From: Planctomycetota bacterium
GTDB lineage: Bacteria > Planctomycetota > B15-G4 > JADJEK01
Length of the DNA: 64,000 bases
Assembly: GCA_044225365.1 (NCBI GenBank)
Contig: JBGAIQ010000001.1
Span: 96,001-160,000, forward strand
Reading direction: 5' to 3'
The position numbers and the translations under genes are program-made. Below the pieces are notes generated by a model. It did not search any database, was not told where the DNA came from, and was given only the letters and a program-made list of their open reading frames with translations. Positions 55,999-64,000 of the stretch are shown piece after piece. Within the stretch, counting starts at the first letter, position 1. The number at the start of each line of letters is the position of its first letter.

Positions 55999-57834
55999 AT
56001 GTGCGGGATCTTCGGCTGCGCCGCGCGGCGTGACGTTGCGAACCTGATCGTGGAGAGCCTGCGGCACCTCGAGTACCGCGGTTACGACTCCGCGGGCGTT
56101 GCCGTGGTCCATGGCAACGAACTCGAAGTCGTCCGTCGCGAAGGTCGCATCGACAACCTCGCCGACGAGGTCGGCAAGATGCAACTGCACGGCGACACTG
56201 GGATCGGCCACACACGGTGGGCGACACACGGTCCGCCGTCAGAACGCAACGCCCACCCGCACCGCGACGGCAGCGGCAACCTCGCGCTCATCCACAACGG
56301 CATCGTCGAGAATCACGACGTGCTGCGCGAGCGACTGAAGGGCCAGGGTCATGTGTTCGTCAGCGAGACGGACTCCGAGATCTTGCCGCATCTGATCGAA
56401 GAACACATGAAGACGGGGAAGGGACTCGTCGAGGCGGTGATCCTGACGATCAAGGAGATCGTCGGAACGTACGCATTCGTCGTGCTCGACCGGCGTCGTC
56501 CCGGCGTGCTGGTCGCCGCGCGCAAGGATTCGCCTCTCGTCGTCGGTGTCGGCAAGGGCGAGAACTTCGTAGCCTCGGACGTCTCGGCGCTCCTGCCCGT
56601 GACTCGCGACGTCATCTACCTCGGCAATGGGGAGGTCGTGGAGGTCGCGCGCGACGGCATCTCCCTCTTCGGTCTCGACGGCAAGGTCCGCACGCCTAGG
56701 GTCGAGCGGATCGAGTGGGACGCCGAATCGGCCGCGAAGGGCGGCTATCGTCACTTCATGCAGAAGGAGATCGAGGAGCAGCCGACCGTGCTCGCACGGA
56801 CCCTGCAGCGCTACCTCGACGTCTCCACCGGAATGCTCGCATTGCCCTCGCTCGAAGGGATCCGCGGGTTCCTCGACGAATGCGAGCGCATCTCGATCAT
56901 CGCCTGCGGAACCTCGTGGCACGCGGGCCTCGTCGGCAAGTTCCTGATCGAATCGCGCGCCGGCATCCCGGTCGAAGTCGACTACGCATCGGAATATCGC
57001 TACCGCGATCCGATCCTCGCGAAGAAACACCTCATCGTCGCGATCTCACAGAGCGGCGAGACGCTCGACACCAATGCGGCGGTTCGCGATGCTCGCGAGC
57101 GCGGTGCGAAGCTGCTCTCGATCGTCAACGTGCAAGGCTCCTCGCTCACTCGCGAGAGCGACGCCGTGATCCTCACGGATGCGGGCCCCGAGATCGGCGT
57201 GGCTTCGACGAAGGCGTTCACCACCCAGCTCCTCGCACTGCAGCTCCTCTCGATCGAGATCGCGGTCATCCGCAAGACCCTCGATTCCTCGCGCGTCGGC
57301 CAACTTCTCGATTCGCTCCGCCGCCTGCCGCTCAAGATGCAGGAGTGTCTCGCGCAGAGCGACGCGGTGTACGAAGCCGCCGAGCGATACGCGCGGGCTT
57401 CGGACTTCCTGTTCCTCGGCCGCGGGGTCAACTACCCGATCGCGCTCGAGGGGGCCTTGAAGCTGAAGGAGATCAGCTACGTCCACGCCGAGGGTTATCC
57501 GGCGGGAGAGATGAAACACGGCCCGATCGCGCTCATCGACAAGCGCATGCCCGTCGTCGTGATCGCGACGCCCGGTCGCGTGCGCGACAAAGTTCTCTCG
57601 AACATGCAGGAAGTGCGCGCGCGAGGTGGTCAAGTGATCGCCGTAGCCGCAGCGCACGACCAGGAAGCGCGCAAGCTCGCCGATATCGTGCTGCCCGTCC
57701 CGGAGGTCGACGAGGAATCGTCGCCTCTCGTGAATGTGCTGCCGTTGCAGCGACTTGCCTATTGGATCGCCGACCTGCGGGGTTGCGATATCGACAAGCC
57801 CCGCAATCTCGCGAAGAGCGTCACCGTCGAGTGA
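55999..57834 (+). CDS. glmS: Glutamine--fructose-6-phosphate aminotransferase
   Basis: MCGI, LEYRGYDSAG, GHTRWATHG, SQSGET, ASTKAFT, KPRNLAKSVTVE. Confidence 0.98.
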   Translation: MCGIFGCAARRDVANLIVESLRHLEYRGYDSAGVAVVHGNELEVVRREGRIDNLADEVGKMQLHGDTGIGHTRWATHGPPSERNAHPHRDGSGNLALIHNGIVENHDVLRERLKGQGHVFVSETDSEILPHLIEEHMKTGKGLVEAVILTIKEIVGTYAFVVLDRRRPGVLVAARKDSPLVVGVGKGENFVASDVSALLPVTRDVIYLGNGEVVEVARDGISLFGLDGKVRTPRVERIEWDAESAAKGGYRHFMQKEIEEQPTVLARTLQRYLDVSTGMLALPSLEGIRGFLDECERISIIACGTSWHAGLVGKFLIESRAGIPVEVDYASEYRYRDPILAKKHLIVAISQSGETLDTNAAVRDARERGAKLLSIVNVQGSSLTRESDAVILTDAGPEIGVASTKAFTTQLLALQLLSIEIAVIRKTLDSSRVGQLLDSLRRLPLKMQECLAQSDAVYEAAERYARASDFLFLGRGVNYPIALEGALKLKEISYVHAEGYPAGEMKHGPIALIDKRMPVVVIATPGRVRDKVLSNMQEVRARGGQVIAVAAAHDQEARKLADIVLPVPEVDEESSPLVNVLPLQRLAYWIADLRGCDIDKPRNLAKSVTVE

Positions 57835-57841
57835 GGAAGCC

Positions 57842-59161
57842 GTGCCCGAGAACGAATATCTGTCCCGTCTGAAGAAGAAGGTCGAGAATCGCGAGCTGAA
57901 GGTCGCGGTCGTCGGCCTCGGCTACGTGGGACTCCCGCTCGCCGTTCGCTTCGCCGAGTTCGGATTCACCGTGGTCGGCATCGACCTCGACAAGAAGAAG
58001 GTCGATTCGATCAACGCAGGCGTTTCCTACATCGACGACGTGCCCACGGCCTCGGTCGCCGAGTGCGTGAAGAAGGGCAAGCTGCGGGCGAGCGCCGATC
58101 CGAACGTGTACGGCGAGGTCGACTCGATCTCGATCTGCGTTCCGACGCCGCTCTCGAAGTTCCGCGATCCCGATCTCGGCGCCGTGATCTCCGTCGCCGA
58201 CGCGATGGCGAAGTACTTGCGCGCCGGTCAGCTCGTCGTGCTCGAGAGCACGACGTATCCCGGAACGACCGAGGATGTCTTCCTGCCGCGATTCGCCGCG
58301 CGCGGGCTCGAGCCCGGTCGTGATTGCTTCCTCGCGTTCTCGCCAGAACGCGTCGATCCGGGTCGCCGCGATTTCATGATGAAGAACACTCCCCGCGTCG
58401 TCGGCGGACAGACGAAGGCCTGCCAGGAAGCCGCGGCGGCGGTCTACGGCAGCTCGATCGACACGATCGTGAAAGTCTCGAGTCCACGCACGGCCGAGAT
58501 GGCGAAGTTGCTCGAGAACACGTTCCGCTCGGTCAACATCGCGCTCGTCAACGAACTCGCGATCATGTGCGACCGACTCGATATCGACGTCTTCGAGGTG
58601 ATTCGCGCGGCGTCGAGCAAGCCCTTCGGCTTCATGCCGTTCTATCCAGGCCCGGGCCTCGGCGGGCATTGCTTGCCGATCGACCCGCTCTACCTGTCGT
58701 GGAAGATGCGCAGCCTCGACTATCGCGCCCGCTTCATCGAAGTGGCCGACGAGATCAATCGCTCGATGCCGCACTACGTCGTGAACAAGGTCTTCCAGGC
58801 ATTGAACAGCGTGAGCAAGCCGGTGAAGGGAGCGAAGGTCCTCATCCTCGGGGTCGCCTACAAGCGCGACGTCGAGGACATTCGCGAGTCGCCCGCTTTC
58901 GATGTCATCAAAGGACTCGAGAAGCTCGGCGCGGACGTCTCGTACAGCGATCCCTACGTACCGACGCTGGAGCCCGAAGGCGTCATGCTGCGGTCGGTGC
59001 CGCTCGACGAGAGGACGCTCGCGAACTGCGACTGCGCGCTCATCATCACCGATCACAAGAAGTTCGACTACCGGACGATCGTTCGCACGGCGCCGCTCGT
59101 GGTCGATACTCGCAACGCGACCGAAGCGGTTCGCGGCGAAGGCCGCGTCGTGACCTTGTAG
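57842..59161 (+). CDS. Nucleotide-sugar dehydrogenase (WbpA/WecC-like UDP-HexNAc 6-dehydrogenase)
   Basis: GLGYVGLPLA, ICVPTP, LESTTYPGTT, SPER.DPG, KLLENTFR.VNIA, GGHC.P.DP. Confidence 0.92.
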   Translation: MPENEYLSRLKKKVENRELKVAVVGLGYVGLPLAVRFAEFGFTVVGIDLDKKKVDSINAGVSYIDDVPTASVAECVKKGKLRASADPNVYGEVDSISICVPTPLSKFRDPDLGAVISVADAMAKYLRAGQLVVLESTTYPGTTEDVFLPRFAARGLEPGRDCFLAFSPERVDPGRRDFMMKNTPRVVGGQTKACQEAAAAVYGSSIDTIVKVSSPRTAEMAKLLENTFRSVNIALVNELAIMCDRLDIDVFEVIRAASSKPFGFMPFYPGPGLGGHCLPIDPLYLSWKMRSLDYRARFIEVADEINRSMPHYVVNKVFQALNSVSKPVKGAKVLILGVAYKRDVEDIRESPAFDVIKGLEKLGADVSYSDPYVPTLEPEGVMLRSVPLDERTLANCDCALIITDHKKFDYRTIVRTAPLVVDTRNATEAVRGEGRVVTL

Positions 59162-59181
59162 TCGAGAGCGAGGAGAGAACC

Positions 59182-60144
59182 ATGGCGACGATCGTCGTAA
59201 CGGGAGCCGCGGGCTTCATCGGTTCGACCTTGAGCCACGCGCTGCTCGCGCGGGGTGACGAGGTCGTCGGGTTCGACAATTTCCATCCCTACTACGATCC
59301 CAGGCTGAAGCGCGCGAACGTCGCAGAACTCGCGACGCGCAAGGGCTTCCACTTCCTCGAGGGCGACCTGCGCGACGCGAAGTTCGTCGAGAGCGTGTTC
59401 GCCGGCCGGAAGATCGACGCCGTCGTCCATCTCGCGGCGATGGCGGGAGTGCGGCCGTCGATCTCCGATCCGATGCTGTATTCCGACGTCAACCTCACCG
59501 GCACGATGCTGCTGCTCGAGGCGATGCGGAAGAACGGCGTCAAGCGACTGATGTTCGGTTCGTCGTCGTCGGTCTACGGCGGCAGCAAGGACGTGCCCTT
59601 CAAGGAGTCCCAGATCGCCGATCGGCCGGTCTCTCCGTATGCGGCGACGAAGCGCGCGGGCGAGATCCTCTGCCACACCTATCATCACTTGCACGGCTTC
59701 TCGATCGCCTGTCTGCGGTTCTTCACCGTCTACGGCCCGAAGCAGCGGCCCGAGATGGCGATCCATCAGTTCACTTCGAAGATCGAGAAAGGAGAACCCA
59801 TCCCGTTCTTCGGCGACGGCACGTCGCAACGCGATTACACCTACGTCGACGACATCGTGGAGGGCATCCTCGCCGCCCTCGACCGCTCGCAAGGCTTCCA
59901 GATCTACAACCTCGGTGGCTCGCACACGATCGACCTGCGCGGTCTCGTCGCCGCGATCGAGAAGCGCGTCGGCCGCAAAGCGATCCTCGACAAGAAGCCC
60001 GATCAGCCCGGCGACGTCCCGATCACTTCGGCCGACGTATCGAAGGCCGAGCGCGAGATCGGTTGGAGGCCGAAGGTCACGATCGAAGAAGGCCTCGACC
60101 GCTTCATCGCGTGGTACCACGAGAAGCAAGCAGGCAAGGCGTGA
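59182..60144 (+). CDS. NAD-dependent epimerase (UDP-glucuronate 4-epimerase-like)
   Basis: TGAAGFIG, HLAA.AGVR.S, SSSSVYG, PVSPYAATK, RFFTVYGP.QRP.MA, QPGDV. Confidence 0.9.
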   Translation: MATIVVTGAAGFIGSTLSHALLARGDEVVGFDNFHPYYDPRLKRANVAELATRKGFHFLEGDLRDAKFVESVFAGRKIDAVVHLAAMAGVRPSISDPMLYSDVNLTGTMLLLEAMRKNGVKRLMFGSSSSVYGGSKDVPFKESQIADRPVSPYAATKRAGEILCHTYHHLHGFSIACLRFFTVYGPKQRPEMAIHQFTSKIEKGEPIPFFGDGTSQRDYTYVDDIVEGILAALDRSQGFQIYNLGGSHTIDLRGLVAAIEKRVGRKAILDKKPDQPGDVPITSADVSKAEREIGWRPKVTIEEGLDRFIAWYHEKQAGKA

Positions 60145-61286
60145 CGGAACGGCTCGCTGTCCAGGTGGTCGTCGGCGCGCGGCCCAACTTCATGAAGGCT
60201 GCGCCGGTCATCCTCGAGATGCGGCGTCGTGCCGATTTCGATGCTCGGCTCGTGCACACGGGACAGCATTACGACGAACGCATGTCGGACCTGTTCTTCC
60301 GCGACCTCGGAATGCCGCGTCCCGACGTCAATCTCGATGCGCGCTCTGGATCCCACGCCGTGCAGACCGCCGAGGTGATGACGCGGTTCGAGAAGTACCT
60401 CGGTGGACTCGAGCGACTCCCCGATCTCGTCATGGTGTTCGGCGACATCAACTCCACGATCGCTTGCTCCCTCGTCGCCGCGAAGGCGGGAGTGCCGCTC
60501 GCGCACGTCGAAGCCGGGCTGCGATCGTTCGATCGCGGCATGCCCGAGGAGTTGAATCGGATCTGCACCGACGCGCTGGCCGACCTCTGCTACGTGACGG
60601 AGCACTCCGGCATCGAGAACCTGGCGCGCGAGGGAAAACCAGGGGATCGATCGATCCTCGTCGGCAACACGATGATCGATTCGTTGCTGTTCCATCGAGA
60701 GCGCGCGAATCGGGGATTTCCCGCGCTGGCAAGCGCGCTCGCCGTGCGTGATCGTGGCTACGCGGTGTGCACGCTGCACCGTCCGAGCAACGTGGATCAG
60801 AAGGCGCCGCTCGAGCGCATCCTGAATGCGTTCGCGATCGTCTCGCGGGAGCTGCCCGTGCTGTGGCCCGCGCACCCGCGATTCCTGGCGCGAGTGAAGG
60901 AATTCGGACTCGAAGCGAATCTCGCGGCCCTCACGAACGTGAGGCTGCTCGAGCCGCAGGGTTATCTCGACTTCCTCGCGCTCATGGACCATGCCGCCCT
61001 CGTCCTCACCGACTCGGGGGGGATCCAGGAAGAGGCCTGCGTCCTCAAGGTCCCGTGCGTGACCTTGCGCGAGAACACCGAGCGACCCGTGACGCTCGAG
61101 ACGAAGGGCAACGTCCTCGTGGGCTCCGACACGAGTCGAATCATCGCCGCCGCGAGCGAGATGATGAACCTGCCCCGCGAACGGATCGGCGTTCCGGAGC
61201 TCTGGGACGGCAAGTCCGCGCCACGAATCGTCGACGACCTCGAGAAGCGACGCGGCACGCCCGCACTTGCGCGGAGGTTCGAATGA
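60141..61286 (+). CDS. wecB: UDP-N-acetylglucosamine 2-epimerase (non-hydrolysing)
   Basis: GARPNFMK, HTGQHYD, HVEAGLRS, MPEE.NR, TDSGGIQEE, RENTERP. Confidence 0.94.
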   Translation: MTERLAVQVVVGARPNFMKAAPVILEMRRRADFDARLVHTGQHYDERMSDLFFRDLGMPRPDVNLDARSGSHAVQTAEVMTRFEKYLGGLERLPDLVMVFGDINSTIACSLVAAKAGVPLAHVEAGLRSFDRGMPEELNRICTDALADLCYVTEHSGIENLAREGKPGDRSILVGNTMIDSLLFHRERANRGFPALASALAVRDRGYAVCTLHRPSNVDQKAPLERILNAFAIVSRELPVLWPAHPRFLARVKEFGLEANLAALTNVRLLEPQGYLDFLALMDHAALVLTDSGGIQEEACVLKVPCVTLRENTERPVTLETKGNVLVGSDTSRIIAAASEMMNLPRERIGVPELWDGKSAPRIVDDLEKRRGTPALARRFE

Positions 61287-62242
61287 TGCGCGTCGCACTC
61301 GTGACGGGCGGCGCCGGTTTCATCGGCTCGCATCTGGTGGACGGACTGCTCGCGCGCGGCTACGCCGTGCGCGTCCTCGACGATTTCAGTTCCGGCCGGG
61401 AAGCGAACCTCGCTTCGCACATCGCACAGCACAAGGTCGAGATCGTCCGCGGTGACTGCGCGGATCCCAAGGTGGCCGCCGCGGCCGTGGCGAACGTCAG
61501 CGTGATCTTCCACGAGGCGGCGCAGCCGTCGGTGCAGAAGTCGGTCGAGCAGCCCCTGCTCGCGCATCGGCGGAATCTCGATGCGACTCTCGTGCTCCTC
61601 GACCATGCGAGCAAGGCGGGCGTGAGTCGCTTCGTGTACGCCGGCTCGTCCTCCGCCTACGGCAACGATCCCGAGCTCCCGAAGCGGGAATCGATGCGTC
61701 CCGCGCCCCTCTCACCGTACGCGGCGCAAAAGCTCGCGTCCGAGTACTACGCGAGGGCGTACTCGGAATGCTATGGTCTGCACTCCGTGGTCCTTCGCTA
61801 CTTCAACGTGTATGGACCGCGTCAGGATCCGTCGTCGCCCTACTCCGGCGTCATCTCGCTCTTCATCACGTCGTTGCTGCGCGGCCAGCGCGTCAAGATC
61901 TACGGCGACGGTGAACAGACGCGGGACTTCGTCTTCGTGGGCGACGTCGTGGACGCCAACCTGCGGGCCGCCGAGGCCGATGTCGAACCCGGTTCCGTGT
62001 TCAACATCGCGGGTGGTCAGGCCATCTCGGTGAATCAGCTCTACCGGACCGTACAGGTCGCGGTGGGTGGGCCGGCGCTCGCGATCGAGCCGATCCACGA
62101 ACCCGCTCGCAAGGGCGATGTCCGCGCTTCGATCGCAGACCTCGCGCTCGCGCGCGCCGAACTCGACTTCGCGCCGAAGACCTCGCTCGAGCGGGGAATT
62201 CGCGCGACCGTAGATCACTATCGCAAGGAGATGTCGCTGTGA
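61283..62242 (+). CDS. SDR nucleotide-sugar epimerase (WbpP/GalE-like)
   Basis: [49 protein letters not shown]. Confidence 0.9.
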   Translation: MMRVALVTGGAGFIGSHLVDGLLARGYAVRVLDDFSSGREANLASHIAQHKVEIVRGDCADPKVAAAAVANVSVIFHEAAQPSVQKSVEQPLLAHRRNLDATLVLLDHASKAGVSRFVYAGSSSAYGNDPELPKRESMRPAPLSPYAAQKLASEYYARAYSECYGLHSVVLRYFNVYGPRQDPSSPYSGVISLFITSLLRGQRVKIYGDGEQTRDFVFVGDVVDANLRAAEADVEPGSVFNIAGGQAISVNQLYRTVQVAVGGPALAIEPIHEPARKGDVRASIADLALARAELDFAPKTSLERGIRATVDHYRKEMSL

Positions 62243-62970
62243 AAGGTGTGATTCTCGCCGGGGGCCTTGGCACCCGGCTCTCGCCGCTGACGAAGATCAC
62301 GAACAAGCATCTCTTGCCGATCTACGACAAGCCGATGATCTACTACCCGCTGCAGTGCCTCGTGAACGCGGGCATCAGCGACATCCTGATCGTCACCGGC
62401 GGCAACAACGCCGGCGACTTCCTGCGCCTGCTCGGCAACGGCACGGAATTCGGGTTGAAGCACCTGAACTACACGTATCAGCAGGGTGAAGGCGGAATCG
62501 CCGACGCGTTGAAGCTCGCCGAGCATTTCGCTGCGGGCGATTCGATCGCCGTGGTGCTCGGCGACAACATCATCGAGAAGAACATCAAGCACGCCGTCGA
62601 CGCCTACAAGAAGCAGGGCGGCGGCGCGAAGATCCTGCTGAAGGAAGTCCACGATCCGCAGCGCTTCGGCGTCGCGTCGCTGAGCGGCGACAAGGTCGTC
62701 AAGATCACGGAGAAGCCGAAGAACCCGGAGACCAATCTCGCGGTGATCGGCATCTACATGTACGACGCCAACGTCTTCGAGATCGCCCGCACCTTGAAGC
62801 CGAGTTCGCGCGGCGAGCTCGAGATCACCGACGTGAACAACGCCTACATCGCGCGCAACTCGCTCACCTACGACATCCTCGATGGCTGGTGGACCGACGC
62901 CGGTACCTTCGAATCGCTCTTCCACGCCAGCGATCTCGTCCGCAAGGGCGGGGCGAACCACGGAAGCTGA
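62239..62970 (+). CDS. Glucose-1-phosphate thymidylyltransferase (short RmlA/SpsI type)
   Basis: ILAGG.GTRL.PLT…NKHLLP.YDKPMIYYP, EKP, S.RGELEITD, W.DAGT. Confidence 0.92.
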   Translation: MKGVILAGGLGTRLSPLTKITNKHLLPIYDKPMIYYPLQCLVNAGISDILIVTGGNNAGDFLRLLGNGTEFGLKHLNYTYQQGEGGIADALKLAEHFAAGDSIAVVLGDNIIEKNIKHAVDAYKKQGGGAKILLKEVHDPQRFGVASLSGDKVVKITEKPKNPETNLAVIGIYMYDANVFEIARTLKPSSRGELEITDVNNAYIARNSLTYDILDGWWTDAGTFESLFHASDLVRKGGANHGS

Positions 62971-62974
62971 GGCG

Positions 62975-64000
<1,026 letters not shown>

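Overview
High-GC bacterial chromosome segment, very probably Planctomycetota: it carries a Verruco/Plancto-restricted Minf_1886 protein, a TPR + double RNAP alpha-CTD protein, and many HEAT/TPR secreted proteins. It is mostly core genome: MurNAc/GlcNAc recycling (kinase-murQ-nagA), tRNA-Sec, serA, yajC, mnmA, miaB, ribD, ruvA, ffh-rpsP, rpmE-prfA-prmC, ssb, Moco genes, lpxA, tmk-holB, efp-accB-accC, and the start of a nucleotide-sugar/polysaccharide operon at the right end. No transposase, integrase, prophage or CRISPR array was seen. The most unusual items are: (1) a secreted Gly/Ser-disordered protein with about 15 FG dipeptides (NPFG repeats), a W/Y/C-rich block and a TPR domain, encoded directly after a secreted HEAT/TPR solenoid; (2) a full-length but degenerate DnaA paralogue followed by DnaA boxes; (3) a stand-alone structured 6S-like RNA with its own terminator; (4) several solenoid-fused proteases and HEAT proteins sharing a C-terminal cap motif. 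All calls come from reading motifs by eye; no database search was run.
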